The notes under the pieces: generated by a model | Databases searched by the model: none | Told to the model about the DNA's origin: nothing | Seen by the model: the letters and a program-made list of their open reading frames with translations, nothing else | Source: Paragordius varius | Taxonomy: Eukaryota > Animalia > Nematomorpha | Reading direction: 5' to 3' | Length of the DNA stretch: 64,000 nucleotides | NCBI GenBank assembly: GCA_964247055.1 | Contig: OZ176050.1 | Coordinates: 12,524,001-12,588,000, forward strand | Translations under genes and position numbers: made by a program | In this document: positions 1-11,684 of the stretch, one piece after another | Layout: every line of letters begins with the position of its first letter | Numbering within the stretch: position 1 is the first letter of the stretch

Positions 1-687
1 AGTCAAATTGTTGTTTTGGCCTTCTTTGTCAAAAACTGTCATTTGACTGTTTTGACAAACTAAGTTGTTATTACTTTATAAATTTGGCACACCACCAGCA
101 GAGTTGGCCTTTGTAGTTTTTTTTTCGTCAAAAGGAAAGCTTTTATAGATTATTAAATTTTGGCATTTATTATATTACAAAGTGGAGAAACACATGTTTA
201 CGAATTCCATGTTGTAGTCAATTATCCAAAAACCTCTCGACACATTTTTTCGAATGCGCATTTACCATGTGCTTAATGTTTTACGCGGTCCGCTTATTTA
301 ACTAAGCTTACCATATATTAATTATATAGTCAATAAATAATTCTTGTTGTATCTTAAGAGAGATAAATTAAGATGATATTTTTTCAGGGATATTATTTGC
401 TCCAAAATTAGCGCATATAAAGCACTCAATGTGTCATTAAGTTAATTTCTGTCTTCCCACACCAAATTTTTAGCCTATTTTTTACAGACTCTATTTATCA
501 AGATAAATTGTTAATTTTTCATTACATATTGCCAGATATAATACACAACAAAGAGGCAATATTATTGGTTTGATTCGGTGGGCTATAAAATTGTATATTA
601 CCCCTTCTTGCTGATCATTAATTCTACTCTTTATTGTTATTGCTATCTGGTAATACTCAAAATATGACAAACTAAATTTTATTTTAG

Positions 688-2661
688 GTCACTATAGAAT
701 ACGGGCTAGAAAGTGGTTCCTGTGTTCCACTGCGTTGTCACACGATAGTCATGTCCTGCCAACATGACACGAAAACTACGGTTGAACAAGTGAGACACGA
801 TGTTATGGACCATGTTATAAAATCTGTGATTCCAGCTAGCTTGCTCGATTCCCAAACCATTTACCGCATAAATCCGGCCGGACATTGGGTCCTAGGAGGT
901 CCTATGGTAAGAGTTTTTTTACATCCTTTGAAAAATTGTAAAGTATCATCGCAATTGATTTTCATAATTTTTATTTTAATTACTTTGGTGCGAATAATGG
1001 TTTTACTAAATAAAAATGGCTGTTTATTTGGTGTTTTTTTAACTAAATTTCAAAACATCGAAAAGATTATTTAAAACTTATTTTAAAAAATGAGAATTTA
1101 TTTATGCGATAATTTACATATTTAACGAACATATATATATATATATATATATGATATTTTTAAATTTTTTTCCTTTTAAATAATCAATTTTAAATAATAT
1201 CTTATTCTCTAAAGAGACTAAAACCCTATAATCGTATTTTTATTGCTTCTATTTTTTTAGGCGGACGCTGGATTAACCGGTCGCAAAATTATCGTTGACA
1301 CTTATGGAGGTTGGGGTGCTCATGGAGGTGGCGCATTTTCTGGCAAAGATTATACCAAAGTTGACCGATCAGCTGCTTATGCTGCCCGCTGGGTTGCTCT
1401 TAGTTTAGTTCGGTCCGGTTTGTGCAAACGGGTTTTGGTTCAAGTATGTCCCCGTTATATTTAATCAAATTGAAGATCATTGCAAAAAAAATATTTTATC
1501 AAATCATTTTTTTTAAAATAATTAAAGGATAACTTAAAACATAAATACTAGTGGAACTATTTTTATATTATAAGACATTTTGGTTATGTGTATGTTAAAT
1601 TTCTTTCGTCTGCGTTTTTATGTTGAAATGCTATCAATAAAAGTAGTGTATTAATGCGCCGTTTTCGCTTTTATATTATCATTGAATGATAAATATTGAT
1701 GATTATGGGTCTTAATAATAAGCCCGAGTGCTACCTCCCCTTGATGTTTACTGAATTACCGTTGTTGAAGTGTTGAATGTTTTAAAACATTGACTTTGCA
1801 TAGAGTTTTTTACAAGTGCATGTGAAAAGTAAACTCTCACCATGTATTCGATAGAGAATGATAAATTTAAATTTTGATGTCTTACTCTTGCACACAATCT
1901 TAACTTATCACAATCTAATGATACTATTATTCATCATCTGATAAAGCTTCTCTTTCATAATGCAATCAATAAATAATCTCAAATATTTTTTGTGTTGTCT
2001 TTGTGTGACAAAAAACAAATTTTATAAAATCTTATATATATGTATATTATTTAGTTATCCTATGCAATCGGAATAGCTGAACCTCTATCTATCACAGTAT
2101 TTTCGTTTGGAACATCCAAAAAATCGGATGCTGAACTATTGGATATTGTTAAACGTAACTTTGATCTTAGACCCGGGAGCATAATTAAGTAAATTTTAGC
2201 GATAATTCTGTAACTTATATTGATCTTGAACACATTATCTTTATTAAGATATATTGTGTCTAATATAAATTATATTGAAAACTAGTTGAGATAATATGAT
2301 AACATGCTAATCTAAAATATGTATTTAAGTAAATTTTTTTTGTTAATCACTTTATTACAATGCCTTACGTTACGCTTCACAGTGTTAGTTTTTTAAGTGA
2401 TTTCTTTTGACGAACACCACTGGGTGTGTATGCATTTTAATATTTGAAATAAATTTCATTTATTTTTTATACTCGTATACGTTTACTAACTGCTAACTAC
2501 ATGAAAATACATGCAATATTTATAACCAATCCTAAATATATTTCCACTTCAGAGAATTAAATCTGGGTCGACCCATCTACAGCTCGACAAGTAAATTTGG
2601 CCATTTCGGGCACAAGGGATTCCCCTGGGAACAACCTAAAACCCTTATCATCCCTAAATAA
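688..2661 (+). CDS. MAT: S-adenosylmethionine synthetase (methionine adenosyltransferase), 3' part with proximal terminal exon A; 5' exons lie upstream of the window
   Basis: Exons 688-906, 1261-1443, 2055-2188, 2553-2661 join by GT-AG in consistent phase. They give ...[48 protein letters not shown]...SYAIG...NFDLRPG...PIY...FGHFG...FPWEQPK, the MAT signature motifs. Confidence 0.97.
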
Positions 2662-3736
2662 TTATGTGCAAAACAACTCACTTTTAAAAAGCACCGTCCA
2701 AAAAATTTGATTTCCCAAGCGAATAGCAAAATTAGAATACTATACAAATATTTGACCTGACAATATATCCGTTTATAACATTTCTTCTTTAATGCAAACA
2801 TTTATAAATTAATATGAAAATATTTTAAATCAATTACACCTTTATGACAAAAAGAGATTTCAGACTTGAATCAATCTGTACATACTTTCACAATACAATA
2901 TATTAGTTATATGCATGCCCGCATTTATATTGATTGCTACAATGGATTTTTTATTTCATATTCTGCCACTGTGTGCTGGGTTCAATTTAGTCTAATTGTT
3001 TGATTTGCTCTTCTACCATTTTTTTATAAAACCATTTAAACTTTTTGAAAATTTTGTTTTTTACATGCATACCCATTTCAAATGCAATCCTAAACGCAAC
3101 TTTTTTATTTTATCTTTAATTTCCATTCCATTTAATTTTATACATACATTTCGTAATGTTATCAATCAATCAATCACATATATAGGCTATTGAAGTTTTT
3201 TAGGGAATCATGCAATAATACACATATGATATAGATATTGACTTTGTATGATACGCTTAATTATACATATTTTTTACTTTCAATATTGATTTGCAAAATG
3301 GAAATATTGGATTGGATGAATTTTCACAATTATATTTACTATAACCTAAGCATTGTTAATAAATTAAACCCGGTGGTGTTGGTCTATTTTTGCTATTATA
3401 TCCTCAATCCAATAACATTAAGTATCCTTTATATAAAATCCATGATACCTTGGGTCATACATACATTTATATGATTTTTTAAACTTTTATCAAAAAGATA
3501 TGACTTTTTTTGCGTGAGAGGTATTTAATACATACATATGATCAATACGTATGTTTCACACAATCTTATATATAATAATGATGTTTGTATTGAATAAATG
3601 CTACTTAAACTTTTTATATCCTGGTTAAATTTTATTTGTAATAATAATACTCCTTTAATAAAATTAAGGTTAAAAAATTTATCATTATTATCTGATGATA
3701 AGATCTTTAACAAAAAACATATTATTAAAATATTAG

Positions 3737-3860
3737 GGATTTGGATCTGAAGAAACCCATTTACCTTACCACTGCCAAGTTTGGCCATTTTGGCAATCCA
3801 CAATATTTATGGGAACATGCGAAACCTTTAGTTTTTGACAACACTGATAATGTTATTTAA
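3737..3860 (+). CDS. MAT: MAT alternative (distal) terminal exon B
   Basis: AG acceptor at 3735-3736 in the same phase (2) as exon A. Reads (K)DLDLKKPIYLTTAKFGHFGNPQYLWEHAKPLVFDNTDNVI*, a homologue of the MAT C-terminus. AATAAA at 3980-3985. Confidence 0.88.
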
Positions 3861-6800
3861 ATGTTTGAATAGATTATTTTAAATGATGAATTAAAAAAAT
3901 ATATTTTTTAACTTTTAATGTAACTTGACTGGAAAAGTGTGTACAACTTTGTGTAAATAATTTTTAAACAGATATTGTGAATAAATATAGTGTTTTTAGT
4001 TGTTGTGATAGCTAAATGGTTTGATCATTTAGTTAGCTTATTTACTTCATTATCTGTATTACTATAAACACGGCTTGGAACCGGAACTATCTTGAATCAA
4101 AACATGGTTTTGGATAAATTTGCAGTATTCTTGATAGATTGAAACTGTGCTTTTAATTTTTAAAGAATCACCACATCTGGAACCACTTTCTTAAACCGGT
4201 CCAAAGCCCGATTAAAATTAACAAAAAAATGAGAAAACGAAGATAAATTACTATTTTTCAATAATTACAAATTATATTTAAGTATGACTCTTTGGGCCAC
4301 ATATTCAATGATGGTATAGTAGAGGCCGGATTCTCACACTGCGTGCCTGAGTTCGAACCCCGGAACTACGCAATTTTTCCATCATCACTGTCAGCCCTGG
4401 GCAAGCGAGTGTTAAAGCCTTTACAAGTCCGGATAAAATTCAAAAGGAAAAAAGAGACTTTATATTATATTTTGGATGTAGTCATCTTACTCACCTCGAA
4501 ATTAAGATTAAAAGATTTGTCTGCTTCATCTGGGTAAATTTTATATATAAAAACGCAATTTAGAAGCCAAAATATTAAAAAAATTGATTTTTTGCTTTTA
4601 TAAAAATGGATGGAGTGTTATTTGAATACATATTTGTGCGTGGGCTTACATAGAAACTATATTTTTCCAGATAATTAGCTCATCCTACGGAAATGTGAAA
4701 TTACTTCAGGTAAAAAAAAATTTACGATTCATCACCGTATGTGGCCCTTGGTTATCATATCTTTCACACAATTGGTAAAGAATTTCTGTTTTAGGCATAA
4801 TTGATCATGTATTTAATTTTGGAACTTTTCTTCAAATAAATAGGCAAAAATCGGGAAACAGGTTAGCCCATCGGTAGCTTCGTTTGCAAATTCACTTATA
4901 TCTAGAATCCACATTAAAAAATTTACATTTTGATTGCAGGTATTTTTAGAAGAAACAAAAGTTAGGCCCATAAAATTACGGCATTTTAAATGTTGAAGAC
5001 TATACATTCTAACACTCTTCTATATCACCCAAAATCTGCTCGATTTACCTCTATTTAATTATATAAATATTTGCACAACAAGGTTATTAATAATATTAAA
5101 TAATCCGAAAATAACATTAGTTTTGCAATTTACATTTCATTCATTAATTATATTAAATAATCCGAAAATTACATTAGTTTTGCAATTTACATTTTACAAA
5201 AAATATTTTTTTAAATTATCCTAGACAATGTCAAAAATTATATTTAATTTTTACTGGCACTAAAATGTTCAATCACAACTATAAAAATCCCCCTAAAAAA
5301 CTGAGTCGATAGATCCTTTTCTCCCTATTTGTATTTGAAGGGTATTTATAATATATATATTTTATAAAAAATATACGCTAGCTTTGGTGTAAATTGCAAA
5401 AAAATTTTTTTTATACAACCGTTAAATCATTTTTTGAACGCAGTATACTTGGTAAACTCTAAATTATATAATATGACAATTAAAATAAATTTTATATCTT
5501 TTAATAACAATTTTATTGGATTGAATTTTACCCCAAAGCACAATTTTTTAACATTTATTCCTGTAAATCCTTCAAGGACCTTTTGTTTTTAAAATCTTAA
5601 TCGATAATATATTGTTTCGTTTGGGATAACTTTTATGGCATATATATTGTAAAATTTCGTAGCCGCCGATTGTATTTAATTTTATTTGATCTAGTGTGCG
5701 ACAAGAATGTGATTTTTTGATTTTTACTGATAGCAAAAAAATCTAAATAACTTTTTTTCTAAATTGTCAACCGCGTTTATTTTTGATATTCATTATCCTG
5801 AAGCTTTTGGTCATCAAATGATATATGATTCATAAATAACACTAGTCGACAAATTCGGACTTTTTTGAGCACACCATCCAAATTTTAATTTATGGCTAAT
5901 TTTAGTGTTCTAAAACCGAATCTGGAAAAAATTTGATCGCCCCAATCAGAATTTTGAGATATTACAGGTTTTTTTAAAACAAGAGATAATAGACAAATCA
6001 AATATAACTTTATAATAAAAAGTTATTATATTATAAAATTGTTAACATTTAATAAAGCGTTTTAAACTCTATCTTTTGAATAAAAATATGTCATTATCAA
6101 GGCGAAAAAATAGTACGGGTGTAAACGTTAAAATTTAGAATATTTTGAAAGCTAATTTTAAACACGCATAAATTTATAAAAAATACTAAAAGAGGCAATT
6201 TGTGGTTTAAACCTTACGCTTTCAGATAGGCTATATTTATTTTGTTAGTTTTGGTAGTTTTTAGTGCTTATTAGGGTTTTTCTCTTTCGGTTGATTCCTA
6301 CAAAAAATTTTTTTATTTATACCTAGCGGCTATTATTTATTTTGAAAATGATTGGATGCACTATAATTTGAAATTCAGATAAATGTTGGGTAACCACTTT
6401 TATTACCAGGATGATGGATATCCTACCATAATTTTAACTACAATATGACCACTTGAACTTATCTATCTTCTTATCCGATTTAATGATCAATGTCTAACTC
6501 CATTTGAATTGGTTAGTTTGATCGATTTCCCTGGATTTTGATGTAGCTAAATACGTTATAATATATGCAGGTATGCTCTCCTACCGGGCTCTACGATCAC
6601 CTCATTGTATACCCTTTGCCATATCTGGCTAAATTATAGGATTACTTGGGGGATGGAGCTTGTGCAAGCCGCCCGGATCTATAACACCACACCATACATC
6701 AGCCCTTTTAGATTTTTAATATTTTTGATTTGTAATACTCTTTGACTCATAGCAATTTAAATTCTATATTCTTAAATTTTCGTATTCTCTTTTATTTAAT

Positions 6801-8520
6801 ACATAAATTTTAATTATTATATCCAATAATTGATATTTATTTATCGTATATTGTCTATTTCTTTGTCGAATAACAAGCCCTCTCGATGAGACGTATTTCT
6901 CGTGCAAAAGAGATAACAAACCTTCAGCAGCGATGGGCAGTTAATATAAAGATCGACGGCATTATTATAAAGTTTTATTTTATGGATCATTAATAACATT
7001 TTCTGTAGAGTCTTCGTTATTAAAAATATCTTCTGTGGTATCGTATACTTGGGCAGGTATATTTGGATCATTTTTGCATTTTCGTTCTAAAATTATAATA
7101 AAAAACCTGGCTTTGGATTACACTTGTATCGACTTGCTCGTTTAAATACTTAAATATATGCACACGAGGAATAATTCTTTTAAATACAAAATTTTAAATT
7201 AGATTTTAAAAAAATCCTATTGGCGGTCTCATTTTTTTTGTTTTAGTCTTTCCATGCCATTAGGTAACAGAAAATGCAAAATGGGGTGGTGCAAAACTCT
7301 GTTGAATAGTGTAATTAGTTTCTAGAAAATTGCTGAAGCCATTTTTGCGTTTTGCTATCTAAGGGGCAAACTTAGGGTGATACAAAAATCACTTGACTAT
7401 TATTTGCTAAATTATATGTTTTAATAATAATAATAATATTAGGTACAATTTAAGGATGTTTTAAAATACGGATTGGGAAAAGTGTACAGTAGAGATAAAA
7501 TATGCAGTCCAATAAACGCATATTTTGCCAAAGTTAAGAAAATTATCAGGCAGATAATAAATTTAAAAAATAAAAATTATTCGTAAATAACCAGTTATGA
7601 AAAAATGCGCATAAATTCGGGCGTTATATTTATATAACTCTGTATCGAATTCGGTAAAATTCTGAAAAACTTATAGTTCCCATATAAATAAAATCTTTTA
7701 GATATCTTTTTCTTTAAAGAATGTATATATAACAAAACATGACAAAATTAAATATAGGTAAATATGGGTTTAATATGTTTTAAGCAATAAGACAAAACAA
7801 TATCTTCAAAAAAATTTGAGGGATGCAATAATTGGGGCAAAAATGATATGATATACTATTTCGGATTTTACTAAGATACGAGATATTTCTCTAAATTTAT
7901 AAATAATCTTATCTTATTTCTTAAAGCATTTAAAAATGTTATTATATTTGTCTTATAAGATTAAAATTTTCAGGGTCATTAACATCTTTTGTGTTGTAAG
8001 CTTAAAACATACTTGTTGAAACAACAATACATTCTATACCTCTTTTATAATATGATAGGAATATATCTTAGACTTCTTAGTTGATAAATTATGTTAAAGT
8101 AATTTAGTTTATTTATTTGCCTAAACTTTCGCTTTTATCTTTGATGAGATAAAGCATTTACAAATCTTATAGTAATATACTACATCCTCATACACTTCAA
8201 TACTTTATAAACCTTTATCTGATCTTACGAGAAGTAAAATTATATAACTCTTGCCTCTACACAACAAATTAATCCCTATTGTAAAGTTTGTGTTTGTTAA
8301 TAAAAAAATTTTATATCAAAAAAGATTTATACATTATATAAGACTTTGTTTGACAATTGTCAACTTTAAAATTTACTTAGTCAGCACTCTAATTACTGTT
8401 GTATAATGAAGACAAAAAATGCTATATACGGTACCTACATTTGTCAATATAAAAAATTAATATAACCTTATCATTTTATTCATATTCTTTATTAAAAAAT
8501 TCATAATTCCTACCAATAAA

Positions 8521-9633
8521 ATGAAAATAATTGATAATCGATGGTTACTTTTTTGGCCAATTCTAATAGTGTGGCTGGATGCATACATTATGCCAGAAAA
8601 TCGCTTGTATTCCCTATACCAAGATTATATACATAATCGAATATTGCCTACAAATAGTAACACAGGTTATATCGAAACTCAACATTCTCATAATGTTAAA
8701 CCGCCCTCAAATCCCAAAAATTCTGTCAGCAGCGTAATAGTAAGCCCAAAGAAAAAGATATCTATCCTATATCTCGGAGATTCAAATAAGAATGATTTTA
8801 ACTTTAATGAAAATATTATGACCACCACAGCTAAACCAAAAAAAGTGCGTAAAAGAATTCAAATCTTTAACCTAGAAACAAATAAAAACAACAAAAATTT
8901 TACAGACGATTCTCAGAAACTAACAAAAGATGAGGACATTAACATCAACAAGAAAAATATTAAATTAGGTGGTGTAACATTTTTCAAAGATTTAACTTCA
9001 GAAGACGATTACCCGGAATTTAGCGATCAACTTGATAACGAGGAAACACCAAACAATAAAATGGCGAATATAATTAAACAAAAGATCATACATGGTGATT
9101 ATGATATAAAAAAATATCGTAACGCTGAAAATGAAATAGTTTTACCATCTCGATTTCGATTTTCCATTTCACCTTCTACAGAAGATGCTAAAGATAATAA
9201 AGAAGACAATTTTATGAAACTTGGCAATATATTAAATGATCAAACACCGAATTCTCGTCATGGTGTTTTCGAAGACTATGTCGATTTAGATCCTGATTTA
9301 ATACCCTTAAAGACAAAGCTAAAGGCTATAAAAACTACGTTTGATTTTTATCGCAATGCCACATCTAAAGTAAGGGATAAGGCGATGTTTGGAAAAAATG
9401 TTAAGAAACAATTAAACAATTACAACAACTTTTTAGTCCCAGATGATATCTTCAAAATGGAAAAATATCAATGGTTTCGTATAAACCCACGTGGAAAACA
9501 TAATGAACAGAATAGAAACCGCCCATCAAAAATTAAAGAAAAGGGTTCGATACTCTTTGTAGATGTTGACAAAAGTGGTTTAGAAGAAAAACAAAAAAGT
9601 TATATTTATAATTATTTAAACATGAAATTTTAA
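8521..9633 (+). CDS. Single-exon 370-aa Asn/Lys/Asp-rich protein with N-terminal signal peptide, unknown function
   Basis: A 1113-nt ORF in very AT-rich DNA. Hydrophobic N-terminus (WLLFWPILIVWLDA). No family recognised. Confidence 0.75.
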   Translation: MKIIDNRWLLFWPILIVWLDAYIMPENRLYSLYQDYIHNRILPTNSNTGYIETQHSHNVKPPSNPKNSVSSVIVSPKKKISILYLGDSNKNDFNFNENIMTTTAKPKKVRKRIQIFNLETNKNNKNFTDDSQKLTKDEDININKKNIKLGGVTFFKDLTSEDDYPEFSDQLDNEETPNNKMANIIKQKIIHGDYDIKKYRNAENEIVLPSRFRFSISPSTEDAKDNKEDNFMKLGNILNDQTPNSRHGVFEDYVDLDPDLIPLKTKLKAIKTTFDFYRNATSKVRDKAMFGKNVKKQLNNYNNFLVPDDIFKMEKYQWFRINPRGKHNEQNRNRPSKIKEKGSILFVDVDKSGLEEKQKSYIYNYLNMKF

Positions 9634-9914
9634 ACTATATAATAAAATAAGATTAAGGTAAAAAGGGACGTTTTAATTATCGCTTTGTGATTTAAATATG
9701 AAAATCTTTTCGTTTTCTTGCAAAATCTGTTGGTCGACACTTAAATGTCAATTTCTAAACTTTGTTTATCGATTAACCATTCATCTTAAATTAAATATAG
9801 TTTTATATAATTTCCATTTTTAATTAATTCATAAAACCTTTAGTCGTTTGATGTTAATAAATTTGCGACAAGCTTTCATGGTTCCATGATTTTTAAGTAC
9901 TAACCCTTTGAATA

Positions 9915-10106
9915 CAGTATGAGTAAGTTTATATTGCTGAAAAGTTATTAATTATTGCCAAATAGCATATACAGCAAAGAGAATCATTATTGCCTAATAA
10001 TGTTAAAAAGTGAAAAAAATAACTAGACGCCAATAATACTGCTGCCCTTTGTTGTATATGTATTTGGAAATCAATACTTTGTAGCAATGTATACTCACTC
10101 AAACTG
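9915..10106. mobile_element. Fold-back MITE (CAGT ends, TA flanks; Tc1/mariner-type), copy 1
   Basis: TA-CAGTATGAGTAAGT...ACTCACTCAAACTG-TA with long imperfect inverted arms. A second copy lies at 20657-20851. Confidence 0.75.
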
Positions 10107-10289
10107 TAAAATAATTAATTGTATGTGAGTTTATTTGTAATAATTAAACAAAAGTTAAATGTAGCTAATGTGAAGATCTCTGTTCCTTAATTTTTTGGGC
10201 CCTTTATTTTATTTATGAATTATAGAGGGTTTTTCGCCATGCATTGAGTAAAAATAAGTTTTTATTTTCAAATATATTTCATAATTTTA

Positions 10290-10515
10290 CAGTAAAAATA
10301 AAAGACAACCATACTTTTATAACCTTAATTTATCTTATATAAGCTATTTTAAAAAATATATAATTGATGTGTTATATCTCTATTTCACACTTTGTCATTT
10401 AAAACAATGAGTTATATTGAAATAAATCAAGATTTGAAAAGTATAGTTGTAATTTACAAAAAAATATTTGACTTTATATCTTTACATTTTGATCGTATAA
10501 TTTCAGTTTTTACTG
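10290..10515. mobile_element. MITE with short TIR (CAGTAAAAA...TTTTTACTG) and TA flanks
   Basis: 9-bp TIR flanked by TA on both sides. The internal sequence recurs at about 35480-35703. Confidence 0.6.
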
Positions 10516-10521
10516 TAATAA

Positions 10522-11643
10522 TTGTTATTTTTGTATGTCATGATAGAAACTCCATTATATTTTTTGGAAAACGACGCCCAAAACCTGGAAAAAGAATCGG
10601 AAGAACGTAAATTTGAAATATCGCACATTGGTAAAGTTAAAACTAATACGCGAATCGTTTCCCCACCAGAGTCACGAAAGGGTGTTGAGGGCCCATTTTT
10701 GGGCGAGGTTGTAAGAATTCCAAGCAACGATGAGATGAATAACAACGAATTTGGCAATAAAAAGGATAATAATATAAATAATTTAAATATAGAGAATAAT
10801 GATTATTTTGAATCAGCGGATCCGTCAGAAACATTTTATCAATGGTCTAACCCTGAATTCGATATTTTCCGTAAGCGAAAACTCCCACACACTACACATT
10901 TTATCGGACAAAAAGTTAACAGAAACCAAAAATCTGAAAATATGAGTATTAATACAAAAGATAGTGCAAACAGGAGAACTGAAACAGTGAAATCTAATAA
11001 TGACGATATAAGCGATTCGTTAAATCTTATGGTGAATCACAGTAACAAAATATATGGGGATATATTTACCTTTAATAGCAAAACTAAAAAGATTGCTTTA
11101 TCCCCGTCTGCCTTTAATGATCAAGTTATGTCAAATTCAATATTCCTTCAAACTAATCTACCTATTCATCATACAACCCGTTTATTACCAATACTAAGTT
11201 TTGCGAATTATACAAGTCAAAAAAATAATTTTACTACGGAGAAGAATTCTCACAAACACGATAATATAATGAAAGATGTTACAAATTTTATTAATTTGAA
11301 TTCATTAATCCCTTCAAATTTGTTGGGTTCAATGAATTTTTTCTTCCCAACCATAAAAACAAAACGCATATCATCATCAACGCCGAACACAGCAACGGTA
11401 AAAAATGTTTTTTTATTATAATTTTCTTTCCCAAAAATCTAAATTTTCCAACAAATTTTCTTTTTCGAATTAACATTGTAATCAAAAATAAATCTATGAA
11501 GATGATGTGAGCGAACCCTTGTAATGCACATGCTTCCCTACTTATAAATTTAATATTTTTTCTGTACCTAGGAAAACACAGTTGAAAATAATACCCCAGA
11601 CTCAAAAATCAAGAAAACATTTAAATGGGATGAATTATGGTAG
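10522..11643 (+). CDS. Asn/Ser-rich orphan protein, at least two exons (10522-11397, 11572-11643); start uncertain
   Basis: A 900-nt ORF with a phase-0 donor at 11398 (ACG|GTAAAA) and acceptor CCTAG at 11567-11571. Last exon reads ENTVENNTPDSKIKKTFKWDELW*. Confidence 0.65.
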
Positions 11644-11684
11644 TTAGTTTTTATATTTATTAAAAAATAAATTAAATTGTTTAT

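Noticed and set aside
907-1074. Hydrophobic tail of ORF-track entry 751..1074
   Set aside because: Read-through into the MAT intron after the GTAAGA donor at 907. MAT homology resumes at 1261.
4305-4377. Possible tRNA-Glu(CTC) gene
   Set aside because: A- and B-box-like motifs are present, but the acceptor and anticodon stems do not pair and the spacing is about 6 nt short.
5094-5195. About 43-bp direct repeat with 58-bp period
   Set aside because: A simple local duplication in AT-rich intergenic DNA with no further structure.
9430-9500. Possible amidated neuropeptide (YQWFRINPR-GK) in the 370-aa secreted ORF
   Set aside because: A single occurrence with monobasic flanks and no repeated peptide motif, so the support is too weak.
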